A stretch of 63,998 nucleotides of DNA, filler included, from Porpidia crustulata (taxonomy: Eukaryota), in the NCBI GenBank assembly GCA_964255105.1. It is 6 parts of 6 records of this genome, joined end to end, with 100 filler letters (N's around TTAATTAATTAA, not from the genome) between each part and the next. Parts side by side here need not be neighbours in the genome. Positions count along the whole stretch, not along the records: positions 43,069 to 53,728 come from CAXUWE010000744.1; positions 53,829 to 63,998 come from CAXUWE010000820.1; 4 more parts are not named here. One strand, written 5' to 3'. The number at the start of each line of letters is the position of its first letter. Positions within the stretch are counted from its first letter, which is position 1. Both the position numbers and the translations under genes were made by a program. Shown here in pieces: positions 42,969 through 55,069 of the stretch. Under the pieces are notes generated by a model. That model made no database searches and was not told the DNA's origin. It was given only the letters and a program-made list of their open reading frames with translations.

Positions 42969-43068
42969 NNNNNNNNNNNNNNNNNNNNNNNNNNNNNNNN
43001 NNNNNNNNNNNNTTAATTAATTAANNNNNNNNNNNNNNNNNNNNNNNNNNNNNNNNNNNNNNNNNNNN
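42969..43068. other. Artificial contig linker
   Basis: N44-TTAATTAATTAA-N44. Confidence 0.99.
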
Positions 43069-43080
43069 CCGCCTTCCATT

Positions 43081-43963
43081 TTACCTCCTCCCTGACACAA
43101 CCACCTCCCCATCAATCCCACACATCTCCTCTCACTTATCCGGCTCCCCCCTCATGCTCCCCTCCCTCAACGTCTTCTCCCGCTTCGCCTCCGTTAGCGC
43201 CGCCGTCGCCTCCGCTCTCCGATCCTGCGCCCGTTTCTTCCGCCACTCCGCGCTGGAAGTAATGCAATTCTTTCCGTGCCGGCTGCATGGTACGTGTTAT
43301 TCGCTGCGGACAGGGCGGGCTTTAGAAGGGAAAAAGCAAGAAATCGACCTTGTTCCGATGCAAATGTATGAGAGTGATGTGGAAAGTTGGCTGGCCCGGA
43401 CTCACCTGATTTTGGGTTTAACGCCGGCGTTGCGTGAGTATTCTTTCCTCAAGGCGTCCTGTTCGACTTCTCTCAGGCACGTGTCGAGTTTCCTCCAGCA
43501 CTTCCACCTGTTTTCCGATACCGATCTTCTTTCCTGCGAGGTGATGTGGAGGGAGTGCGAACCCTTGACGTAATTGCGATGGGTTTCGAAACGCTCGTGC
43601 AGCAGTCGAGGGGTATGGAGTTTTAATTCGTCAATGGACAAGCGCAGGCGGACTTTGGAATTGACTCTAAGGAGCTTGTTAAAACCAGTTATCGTGGATT
43701 GTCCGATGCTCGGGCTCTACACACTTGTTCACATGCTGCCCACCGGGACCGGACGATTTGCTAAGTGTGAAGGAAGCGATGTTTACCGGGATTGTCTTTG
43801 AGAGGTCGGCGAGCCACTTCTGTGCCGTACTGATTTCATCTTCCTCGGCATTGCCGTCCGTAGGTTTGGGATGAGATGAGAATGATCTTGATAGTTGACC
43901 GGATGGTAGGGAATTATCAGTGAGAGAAAGAGCTCCTAGAGATCGGATGGTTTGGCGGAACAT
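43081..43963 (-). CDS. Mitochondrial GGQ peptidyl-tRNA hydrolase (ICT1/Pth4-like ribosome rescue factor)
   Basis: Mitochondrial-type presequence; SKSSGPGGQHVNK|VNSKV across intron; basic C-terminal exon. Last exon boundary uncertain. Confidence 0.85.
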
Positions 43964-44651
43964 TGCGAAGAGAAAGAGACTTTGATCGCCTAGAAAAAAG
44001 CGAAATAGAAGCCATCACAGAGAAGATATAAGGAAAGATACAAACACCACTCAGAGTCACGAGTGTCTCTATTCCCGTCCATGAAGCAGTAAAGAAAGTT
44101 GCATCCCTTTGACCAGGCACCAACCCCCGGCAGACATATGTGCATGCAGTACAACTGCAAGATATAATATGATATTATTATGTCGGGGATCAAAAACCAG
44201 ATACGACTTCATACCTGGCTGCCTATTAGGCTGCCGTGCTCCCGGTGGTCTGGCTGCATTCCGACCCCCCCACCCTGCCATCAATGAACAACCACCGGCA
44301 CAGTTATCATGTGCCCTGCCATTTCGAGACAATGACCTGCAGTCAAACGTCCACTACAAATTCTGGGATTCGCTTTACTCACACAATAAAAGCGGGAACT
44401 CCGCAAAAAGTCAAGGGTTTCTGCAGGTGCTGTAGCTGCCGCATTAGTGCACGAAGCACGCTCTATAATGCTCCAAAAGCTAGACAAATGCCCGATATCC
44501 AATTACCAAGCTGCTCGCAAAGATTGGCAGATTCAAGAACGCAAAGTGACCGTTTGGGTGATTGTCTAGATAATTGCAAAACAATGAAGAAGCGAAAAGT
44601 GATATATATGATGTACAAGCAATACAAAGTAATGCAGATAATAAGAAACAT

Positions 44652-45839
44652 TCACCAAAAGAAACGTCCTCCCCCTCTTCTCATTGCGACTTGATCACCC
44701 CTTCGACGGCCGCCCGCCCCATTGATCGGTCGCAACCAAACGGCATCGGCCTCGGCCTGCCGCCTATCTTCTGCGCGAATGGCATTCTCGATGACACGAG
44801 CGCCTCTCTCTTCAAAACTGACTCGGCCATGTTGGTGAATCTGAGCTGGATGGCGAGGTTCACGTGGGATTCCTTGCTGACGCCGCCGTTCAAGTCGCGC
44901 TCGCTCCTCGCGGAACCTTGCTGCTTCTTCTTCTTCGTCTCTCCGAATTGTCTCCAGCCAGGCTCTCTCCTCTTCTTCTTCCCGGTGCCTTACTGCTTCT
45001 GATAACCGGAACCTCGCCCGTTCTCGGGATTCAGCACGTGCTCTTTCCGCGTGCGCTCTATCTGCCGCCTTCCGGCGCCGCTCTCGCTCTGCTGACGCTT
45101 CACGATCTCTTCGATCCTGCTCCAGATGCCGGTTTTCCCGCTCGAGGTCGTTGTTACGCATCTTCTCGCGATTTCTCTGTTTACGCATTTTCTTGGCGTC
45201 CTTTTCGACTTTGTGGGCGTCATGTTGAGCACGTACTCGAGCCTCACGTTCTGCCTGTGCAACTCGTTCTGCCCTTCTACGAAGCTCTTGTTCCTGAAGG
45301 AGCTCGATCTCCAACGGGGCTGGGCGCGGAATTGGTCTGAATCCTCCATGACCTGGTGGGGGAGGTCCCCTCATGGGTAGTGGTCCCATCAGCGGTGGCC
45401 CCATTGGTGGTGGCGGCTGATGAATCACTGGTGGTATGGGTTCTCGGCGAGAATGTCGTGCTCTTCTTACAACAGTAAGTCCTGTTTCTTGGGGAGTCGA
45501 CTTCCTCTTTCCGGAGGTAAATGGTATGCGAATACCCCAAATAAGCTTCAGCCCGTCCGATGTTGTGCTGCGGTGTTTCACAGTATCTTGCTGTGGCTGT
45601 CTTCTGACTGCCCTCGGCTCAATGACCTGATATTGTGGTCGAGGAGCAGGGGGTGCTTCAGGTAGTGGGGCGTATATGTCTTCGGGAAGATCAATGACTT
45701 CAGTGTGATTGCACGGATAGTTGGGTGTCCCACGGGGACAGAAACGCAATTGTTCTTTTGGTTCACGGTGGCCGTTGGGATAGACGATAAAGTATCTTTC
45801 GACAACACACATCGAAGTTTTAAACCTTCGAGTTGGCAT
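44652..45839 (-). CDS. Hypothetical Pro-rich / Arg-Glu coiled-coil protein
   Basis: 395-codon ORF with strong compositional structure. Confidence 0.75.
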   Translation of the reverse strand: MPTRRFKTSMCVVERYFIVYPNGHREPKEQLRFCPRGTPNYPCNHTEVIDLPEDIYAPLPEAPPAPRPQYQVIEPRAVRRQPQQDTVKHRSTTSDGLKLIWGIRIPFTSGKRKSTPQETGLTVVRRARHSRREPIPPVIHQPPPPMGPPLMGPLPMRGPPPPGHGGFRPIPRPAPLEIELLQEQELRRRAERVAQAEREARVRAQHDAHKVEKDAKKMRKQRNREKMRNNDLERENRHLEQDRRDREASAERERRRKAADRAHAERARAESRERARFRLSEAVRHREEEEERAWLETIRRDEEEEAARFREERARLERRRQQGIPREPRHPAQIHQHGRVSFEERGARVIENAIRAEDRRQAEADAVWLRPINGAGGRRRGDQVAMRRGGGRFFW

Positions 45840-47842
45840 TCGAGAGATGATCTCGGTGCTTGATGGTAGCTCGCTTTGCTCGATGCTGCTGCTACAAGCT
45901 GCTGGATAGCCGCGACACTAACCTGGGTCTTCGATGATATTAAATCGGCGAGACAACAGCAGGAGTATTTTGGCGGAAGACATGTAGCTAGGCAAACATA
46001 GCAGTTATTTTTAATGATATAGGCCTGGCTCTCTTAAACAAGAGTGAGTCAATGTTGGTGGGAGCTGATGGCTTCTGACGGCTAGGTAGCCAAGTGAAAG
46101 GCCTCGAGAAAAAAAGATCAGATGATAGAAGTGTGAGACTCGAACAGTCCGAAGGGAAGAGTAATAGACACGGAATATCAGTAAACCACTGTTGAGGATT
46201 TGTTTGATGGATGAAATCGTGGGATCAAGCGACTGTATATAAAGGAAAAGGTCACTGGAGCCTAGTATTGAAGGAAACCATTAGGCTTGTCAGGGTAGTG
46301 TGACTGTGGGAGGGTGGAGGAAGGATGGGAGTGGAGGACAGAGTGAGTACGGGTGAACCGCAGACTGGGTTAGTGGCTGCATCGCCCACTGAGTGTGTGG
46401 CTGAACAAGCCTCACAGAACGCCAAATGACCAAGCCTGAAGTATTTCGCTTTTGGTGATGATAATGAAACGCGTGTGCAATAGTAGTAGCAAGAAAGTGA
46501 TATAGATGAAATGATTGAGCTGATAAACCTTGGTGGGGTGTTTCCAGTTGTCAAGGTTGCAATTGCAAGGAGGGGATAACGCTGCCCGCTCAGCTGAGGA
46601 ACGGCGGCGTAGGCCAACAGTTGAATTGGACGACGTATGAACAGTCAGGCAATTGTAGGCAGGATCATTGCTACCGGAAGATTTCGGACCATTGCATATC
46701 CTCTCTTTCGGGTAATGAGCTTGACGGACGTACAAGCAAGAGTCGTCCCAGCCATTGACGTGGCTCGTTGTTCTCGTCGAGAATCCCAGTCCGTCCTGGG
46801 AGTAGAACTCACCGCTTCGCAATCGGAATCAGATTGCCTGATTGCCTTGCCAGTCCTCCGACCATGCCTGGAATTCATCTGAGTATTTGGTGGATCTGCT
46901 CTGGCCGGTACTGTGTGTAGATAGTATCAGCAGGCCCACCAGTACGCGTTCAAACACCGGTGACTCCTTCAACCTGCAACCCGGACGCATCTCCTCCACC
47001 CGAAGGAAAGCCACATGCAATGGATGATTGCACTGCAGGTGGTAGCAACGTAAGCGTTCCATCAAGCCTTGCCGACTCTTGTTGTGAAACAATCGCCACT
47101 GCAATGGCACAATGGCATTGACATGATGGACGAACTTGTTCGGCCACGGGCTGAAAACCTTCGTAGGGCATCCTCCCGGCTTGTTGCGGTTTAGCGCCCA
47201 ATAATGAGGCTCTCCCCAAGACAGCCTCGAGGGCAGTGCAAAATCCTCCCCCCACCCCAAAGCGACTGTGGGCGTCACCTGGCTAATTGAATAATCATCT
47301 CATTACTTCAATGCAAAGGAATCATCCCGCAGCACTCATGGCCTGTCCTCGCGCTCTAGCTCGACGCCGACCAAGCTTGTACACTGCACTGATGACGGCG
47401 GGCCGTGGTGTGATGCGAGTGATATTCGAAACCGACGATGATTCGATAAATGTCAAGCTATGACGTTGCGCAATACTACTCGTCCTACTCTAGTACATGA
47501 CCGACGAGTTTCGACATCCGAATCCGGACCTCGAGGCTGACGACTGCCAGAATTTCAACATGAATTTTGGGTCGAGTGATGAGAGATTTGAGAAAATCGT
47601 GAGGCGTTTTGATCTCCACTGAGACACCTTGAATTTAGGAACTCGAATCTAACCGAACGTTGAATGTGGTAGATAGTAGTGGAATTCTATAGACAATGGT
47701 TCATGCCTCAATTTACGAGTAATCTACCTTCTCGACACTCCCAACCCTACCACTCTTACCGCCACGCTCTCCTGGGAGCTCCTTGACCGTATCTTGTTAC
47801 CGGTACCGTTCAAGTAACCAAGCACCCGCTAATCGCCGTTGT

Positions 47843-49736
47843 TCAGATCTTTTGTCCCTTTTCCGTCTCCCCAACGAGTCCCCCAACCACCCTCGCAATG
47901 ATTGGTACACTAGTCAAGCCCACCATTGCCGTCCCAAAGAGACTCATGCTCAAACTACTCAACGCCGCCGCCCTCGGGTCGCTCCCCAACAGCAGCGCAG
48001 TTGCGATCGCTGATGAGTTGCCCCCAAGTGTCACACCCCGGGTAACATAATCATCCTCGGGTATCTTGAGTTTCTTCAGCAGCCATGGCCCAATCAGGAC
48101 ACCGAGGATCCCGCTCATGATGCATAGTACAGCGACAAGGTTCAAATCCCCATCAAGGTTCGCGGTTGCGGGCGTGGCGAGTGCGAGCGTCAAGCTGCGC
48201 GCTGCGAATGAAAGGGAGCGCTGCGACGAGATCCCGATGGCGTAACATAGAGACGGGTAGCCGAATAAGGAAGCAGTAGCGATGAGGAGGTTGGGTAGGA
48301 CAATCGCGGGGAAATGTCGGCGAAGTTCGCTGCGGTACTGGAACATGGGAAGGGCAAGGGCGACGATGCTGACGTCGAGGATGGTGCTAAAAATGTCCCC
48401 TGCGCCTGGAAGGCGGAGATTGTTGGGAGGTGGATGGTTGAACAGTTGGAGATAGCGAGTCTTGGTGCTGTAGGCGTGGAGCGCCTGCGTTAGGGTTTGA
48501 GTATGGGCGAGAGAGAGAAGCCAAATGGAGAGAAAGGTCAAGAGGGAGGAAGTAAGGACGGGATGGAGAAACCGTCGGTAGGAGGGGGAGATAGCGATGG
48601 CAGCGAAGTAACATAAAACGTTGAGTGAAAGGTGAAGGGGCATAGCGTAATTGTGGATGTAATAGGTGGGGAGGCCGGCGAATAGGAAGATGAGGGTGTA
48701 AATCAACATGTCGAGGTTGAGGTTGATGAAAGCCGCCCACTTCTGGGCGCGGCTTAGGGGTAAAGGGGATTGGCGGGCAATCCGTGGGGACATGACTTCT
48801 GTAGTTGCAGATTCTGGAGGAGGTGGTCCGCCGGTGCCTCTAATCTGAGATGGGTCTTGGCTTGGCGACGGAATGGTAATGTTCTGCCCACGACTCTCGT
48901 CACGAAGATCGGTAGCAAGGCTAAAGGTAGAATCAGTCTGCGAAGTCGTGACTGGCCCTCTTGCAACGATAGTCAAAGGAATTCCGTCGGCTTCTGTGCC
49001 CATCTCCTCTGCCCGTTCAATCATAGCTCGCTTGGAAATGCCAAGGAGAACTTGGAGTCCGCGAGTGAAATAAGCAGTTATGGCCATCATCAGTAGGAAT
49101 CCAATCACTTGTACCGAGCTTAGCATCCATTCCTAAGATGAGATGGATAATTGAAGCCCTTGCGAAAAACGGAGATGATCTTGCAAATTTCTACACCACT
49201 TATTGAAGGGCTAAGGGGTAAGAGGACTGTATGAATTAGTAGCGAAGTCTACATTTCGGGGAATCTCGATGCAGGTAATAAATCGACTGACCGAATGAAG
49301 GCGTGAAGAACACATTGATCCATTTCAGAGCGAATCCAGCCTGATTCAACATCAACAACCTGCCTGGAGTAAAGAGAAAAAGATATCATACAGGAATATC
49401 AATCACTTGTGTAATGCTCTTGGTTCTCTTTTCACCCATGGCAATCTCGGAGAGTATCAAGCCAAAGAAAAGTACAACCAACAATGCAACAGATGCAGGG
49501 AAAGAAATAGGACTTTTATGTAACAGGCTATCGACGCCCCAACAGGCAAGCAACACACATACAATGCCTAGTGGAACGTATATCCATGAATGTATGGAGC
49601 GACGCCACGCTTGCTTTCCTACCTACATGTCGTAGGTGAGTAATGTTCAATGGGACGTGTTGGTCCTGCACACCAGTTGAAGAGCTTATGCGAGATCACA
49701 TAATACCCGTCTGATGACATCCGCAGCTGTAGTCAT
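47843..49736 (-). CDS. LrgA/LrgB (CidAB)-like fused membrane protein
   Basis: FPASVALL, WINVFFTPSF|VLLPLSP, LHPVL, LALPMFQYR, RSLTLALATP, RGVTLGGNSSAIATA motifs; multi-exon; first exon ambiguous. Confidence 0.88.
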
Positions 49737-49977
49737 CGCACTCTCTGAGCTTCCCTCACTTCCGATAAGAAGTCACGGAAAACAGGATTGGTAACAGCCT
49801 GATGGACAGCACGTGCTTTCCACGCTGAGGCTGAGTTCTATCCCATATAAAAGCGCTGCATACGTGGGTTTGAAACTCACAAATCTAGCAGTAATTATAG
49901 ATCATGATCACAAGCCCAGGACTTTCCTTTGAAGCTATGATGCAGGACCATCAAAGAGAAAAGCGGTACACTACCCA

Positions 49978-50062
49978 TACACACCCCTAGTTCGGCCATC
50001 GTACCAAGGGTTAGGGTTATACGATCGAGATCGAGCAAATGTGGCCGAACTAGGGGTGTGTA
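49978..50062. mobile_element. MITE-like foldback element: 21-bp perfect inverted repeats, TA ends, telomeric repeat in loop
   Basis: TACACACCCCTAGTTCGGCCA (49978-49998) is the exact reverse complement of 50042-50062; loop has AGGGTTAGGGTTA. Confidence 0.6.
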
Positions 50063-50125
50063 ATGGTAGAATGCTGTTGGAATATTACATTGAGTGTGGG
50101 ATTATCGACACCACCACATATTTAC

Positions 50126-51716
50126 GATACTACATTCGTAGACACCCAAACAATTCTATCTCACGAGGATGCGGAGTTATGAGCTTCGCAAACTTTGAAG
50201 TAACAATTGTGGCCATTTTAAAGTCGTAGCAGAAGCTTGAGAAGAATGGTGCTGCCCACCAGATTGCGGCGAACAATGATCTCGCCGTGGTTCGGCCCTT
50301 CTCTGACGACCATATCCGAACCGCTTTGAAACGCCTGAGGAATTCTAGATCAGCAGTTGAGAAACATAATCACATGCTGAGGCAGTAAGCGGAAGCTTTG
50401 TTATTATTTCAGGAGAGCAACGGCCAAATTCGTGAGCGTTGGAAGCGGGTTGCTGTGCGACGCGACACGAAAAGGACGCAAGAGAAAGAAAGCATCGCTC
50501 TGACGGTAAACTGTCTACGTTCCTCTTTGAAATTGGTGTTCTGAGATCTGGTATAGGTCGAGGATCTCATTCAAACCATATCTTCGAACACCAATGCTGC
50601 CCAACACCAGCTCCAAGAAGCCAAAAATGTGTTTCCGGATACTTTGGTAGCATCGCTTCAGAACAACGATAGGGCTCTAAGAAGCATTCAAAGACTCACC
50701 GAAGAGCTCGAGGTCCTGCTATCCACGATGAACAACAGATCACGCGCCCGCGTATGCTGAGCAACAGGTTGAGCGCATATCTTGCAGACGAGATCCGGTT
50801 TCGCCTTGACCGAATATTCCTAGAGATTTGTCAATGTCCTGAAAATTCCAGCAGTGCCTGTTCAGAAGATGGAGCACAGCTTGAACAATCACTAAAAGCC
50901 GAGCTTGACACCCTCTACACTGAAATCACAGCGGTAGCTCAGATGTCTACGAGCTTGGAATTTGAGAACCTCTCGATCGAGGCTCTCAAGCAAAATTCTG
51001 TTCAAAACAACATTTATATCTCAACAGCGCTCAAACATGTATGTTGTATGTAATCTATGCCATAGGCCTAGCTAGAATACGCAGAGCAGCAACTCCGTTG
51101 TTTATTTAGTTGAGAAGATGGGGATTCTAATAACGCACGCCCAGAAACATTCATCACAACATGCAGCAATCAGTGCTATGATGAAAGAATTGCATGAAAT
51201 TCAAGACTCGACAATCCAGACAAAAAACTTGCCTAATAACAGGGTCGGCAGTTATACAGCCACACCTGATGTTGGATCGCAGCTCAACTCAAATATCTCG
51301 GAAACTTCTGGAAACAACCATGCGCAGCTTCTACTTAAGTTGCTAAGCATCCCACCACTTGATAGCTTGACAGCTCAGGATACAGAAACATGTTCAATTT
51401 AGCGGTTCGTGGTAAGGAAACCAAGGCACGAGATGCTTCTGTGAGTGTAGAACATTCAGTTGACCGGACTCTCTCCTCGCGACTCAACGCCTCGCTTGGT
51501 ACGTAATAGATAGTCGTCGATGCTCTGCTCGCCGACACCTCACATTGTACCATTGAAGTGTTTGATCCAAATTTGAAGTCCGAGATCACTTCCTTGGAGA
51601 CAGCTATTGGGGACACTGGTTCTGATATGGCAAAGCTGGACGTGGAAAAGCTCAAATCCCACGTAAAGAGTGTGATCATTTTGTACAACAATGGGCTCAC
51701 AAATAGCTGCATATGA
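50126..51716 (+). pseudogene. Disrupted conserved-looking fungal coiled-coil gene (tentatively augmin/HAUS3-like)
   Basis: Segments VRPFSDDHIRTALKRL, DEIRFRLDRIFLE, LKAELDTLYTEITAVAQMS; stops at 50227, 50386, 51504 and 51507; frameshift near 50730-50754. Confidence 0.6.
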
Positions 51717-52025
51717 GTGTTGGTGGTCATCGCAGATTCAAGTAATTCAGTATTCGCTTCATTCATCATTATTCAATGACCCACGGCTTAATCCTTTATC
51801 TCATGTAGTCGTTTCAAAGATTTTGTGTATGAAGCAATTCAACTTGTGGCAAGCACGATTCTACATTCACTTCACGCCTGGCAACGAGCACTCCAACCAT
51901 TGAGTATCACACATAGTCTTGTTACCTCAAATAACGTCGAATTTCCCCTAGCATTGGCATTTCCTCTATCATTGCCTTGGCCCAGATTTCCTTTGACATT
52001 GCCAGCGGCTTTCTTCCTCGCAATT

Positions 52026-53703
52026 ATGTGCTCGCATCGCGGCCGTCACACTCCTTGGCGACTCATGGTCTTCAGTGTCCTTTGTAGCTTGTTGGATACT
52101 GTACTGCCATGGACACCAATAATTGTCAAAAACGTTACCACAATCGGACCACAGCTCACCCCGGATGTCACTTATGTATCTCGCGATGGTGGCTACTCAG
52201 TCCTGGTCAAAGGCAATATAGTGTGGCTCTATGACGATACAGAGTGCATGGATCTAGGGGGCAAGCAGCTCTCATTCGTATCCAATACTGCTGCGTACGC
52301 CGATCAACCAAATAAGAATTTGTCCACAGTTGCCGACTTTGGCGTGATGCAGGTTGGGAGCAACAACGAGGGGAGCAAAAATTATGCTATCCTAGCGGAC
52401 GCTTCAGTTGGTACAGGAGGCTGGATCCCCTTCCAACCTGATGAGCTGGACTTCAACCAACAGAAGAAGGGCGTAGAGAGAGTCGCCATCTGTGAGCTTC
52501 CTCTGGCGAAATGGATTCTTGAGGAACTTGGACTGACAAATCTTACTAGGGCCTGGTACGTCTCCAACACCGATCAGTACCACTCAAGCCTTTCTGTTCG
52601 CTCCATTGGTCTACGTGGACACCAAGCCACAAGATCCGTCCAAGGAGTATCAAGCTCGAGGGATGACTCTAATCTCAATAGACGCCCCCATCTCCGGACC
52701 CATTGCCACACGCCAAGGCGATCTGATAATTCCAGGAGCGCAAGTCGCTTTTGGAGGATTTTCAACGTTACTTGGATCAATCAGTACCAATACCACTTCA
52801 GGTCCTGATTCAGGTGACCGCGATGTGTATATGTTCGGCATGACCAGCGGTGGCCTTCAACTCGCGCGCGTGGGAATAAACGACGTGACCACCTATGACA
52901 AATATACCTACTGGGACCCGGCCAGTCTCAGCTTCTCCTCTGTGGCGCCGAGTCCGGATATCAAGGACTATCAGCACATCTACCTGCCTGGAACTTTCTC
53001 GTCAGGAAGCATCTTCTACAACCCCTACTTCACGACCTTCATCATGGTATACTTCAACAAGATGGTCGACTCGACCTTCTACATCCGTCACCTGGAGCTC
53101 AAAGCGCCCTTGAAGGACGACCCGGTCTGGACCGCCGGGGGCAAAAACGGAAAGGGCATCCGCGCCGAAGACGTCGAAGCTCTGGTCAAATACCCCTGGT
53201 CCGCGGAGCAGAACCTCTACCCTTCACCCACCGCCAAAGGCGGTTTCAACTACGCCGGCATCGCTCACCCGGAGTACTTCAACCGCCAATACTTTGCCAA
53301 ATCCCTCTACCCGCCCAGCACCCCGCAGGAGCAACGCGTCAACGACTGGTACGGCAACGCTTTGGTCGCGGAACAGGACGCCGGCGGCGACGGAAGGCAT
53401 TTGCTGCTGAGCTGGACGTCGCAGCTGGTCGGCGGCATCGACACCGGCGTGTACCAGGTCAACCTCGCCGCGGTCGAGTTCGACGATATCCCCCCCGCGC
53501 CTCCCAATGGCCCCTCGAGCCAAGGCGCTCCGACGGCGTCTGCGTCGTCGACCCGCGGCGCCGGACCTCATCATCCAGCCAGCACGGACGGGAACATGAT
53601 GCCGAAGAGCGGCGCTCCGGGTTCCGAACGCTCGTGGGGACTCACCTGCTTATCGCGGACTTTGGCGCTTGCTCTCCTCTTCGGCTTTGTAATTTTCGTG
53701 TGA
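52026..53703 (+). CDS. Secreted, probably GPI-anchored protein (DUF4185-like beta-propeller)
   Basis: Hydrophobic N-terminus, SRDGGYS...WLYDDT, YTYWD, YAGIAHP, LLLSWT; S/T/G linker and hydrophobic C-tail; intron 52492-52549. Confidence 0.75.
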
Positions 53704-53728
53704 AAGAGTCTCGGGATTCCAGGAAGGG

Positions 53729-53828
53729 NNNNNNNNNNNNNNNNNNNNNNNNNNNNNNNNNNNNNNNNNNNNTTAATTAATTAANNNNNNNNNNNNNNNN
53801 NNNNNNNNNNNNNNNNNNNNNNNNNNNN
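53729..53828. other. Artificial contig linker
   Basis: N44-TTAATTAATTAA-N44. Confidence 0.99.
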
Positions 53829-54430
53829 ACCTTCTCCACCCTCACCACAAACTCAGCCGCGAAATACCTTTTCTCCACGTACAGAATTTGCCACAGCCCA
53901 TACAGCGTATCCCTGAGAGCCTCATACGTCAGCCCGTGTCCGCCGCTCACCACAAAAAGCTTGCAGGCGACCGAGAGCCTGATGTAGGGATCCAAAGTGG
54001 TCGGCAAGGGCCCATGAGCATCGTGCTCTATTATGAGAGTTTCGATCTCGGAGAGGGCGTTCCACAGGACGGATGCGAGCGCTGTGTTGAGGAGCGGCAG
54101 GTTGGAGTGGAGGGAAAGGGTGATGGTGGTGGAGGTGTTGGGGATGTGGTAGGTCACGCGCTCGTTGCGGAACGGGAGGCTACTGTTTATGTGGAGGCTG
54201 GGGACGTGGTTTAGAAATGTGGGATTGTTCGTGAGAAGGGGGGTCGGGTGGTTGGAGGCTTGAGGGTACGGCTTACACGGAAACGTTTGCGTGGAAAACA
54301 TGAATAGGAGGATTGACGATGGGAGACGCGGAAGATGCTGTTGCTGGTGGTCCCGCATTCGTAGGACGGAGGTGATGAAGGAGCAGCAAGAACGATGGTA
54401 AGAGCTGCATGATGGGGTTCGGGCCAACAT
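53829..54430 (-). CDS. Hypothetical protein, 3'-truncated by contig edge
   Basis: ~200 open codons (YHIPNTSTTI...LTYEALRDTLYGLWQILY) running into the gap. Confidence 0.6.
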
Positions 54431-55069
54431 TTCAAGATGCTATGGACCTCGGATGGTGCTCTGCCATGGGGTTTGGACTACCACAAGTCGGTGGCTTCTG
54501 GTAAAGGAACATCCCTGCGTGTGGAAATGTGGTTGAGACACGGGTATTTGACGGGAGAATATCAGAGGCGACATGCGCAATGCAACCTTTATAATCTTCC
54601 TCGCTCCTTATCTCAACCCCGCACATATTGACGTGTAGACCTTGGGTCCGAATTGTTTCCGACGGATATTGTATAAAAGCGGGTGAGGTGATGGAGGAAA
54701 TGGCAGAAAATGGGATAGTTAAAGACATGTAGGTATCGCTAACAAAAGATGTAAAAGGCGGGAAATGAAATAGAGAGAGGTCGGGTTGAGCCTCCGTTTC
54801 ATGCACTACCTGTTCAATGACTCGAATCTGTGGGAATATATGAAGCTGGGTTGTATCGTATGAAACTACGGGTAAATCCTGACGTCAATCTTCGCTCAAT
54901 AACATAGCATGTCGCTAAAAGTGACGAGTAAATCTCCTCTCCGCTTATGATCGTTATGTCGCCATGCTAGAAGAATGACATCTTTTTACGCATGTAGAAG
55001 CGTCTATGTGGCTTTTACGATAGCTACTTTTTATGATTTTGTATACACTAATCTGACCGCTGTACTCGC

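Noticed and set aside
46252..47278. Several overlapping 80-150 aa ORFs
   Set aside because: No motifs or codon bias; probably upstream/UTR DNA of the 45839 gene
50007..50019. Telomerase RNA template (TAACCCTAACCCT on the minus strand)
   Set aside because: Only ~270 bp from the LrgAB start on the same strand, leaving no room for a kb-scale fungal telomerase RNA; it sits inside perfect TA-ended inverted repeats
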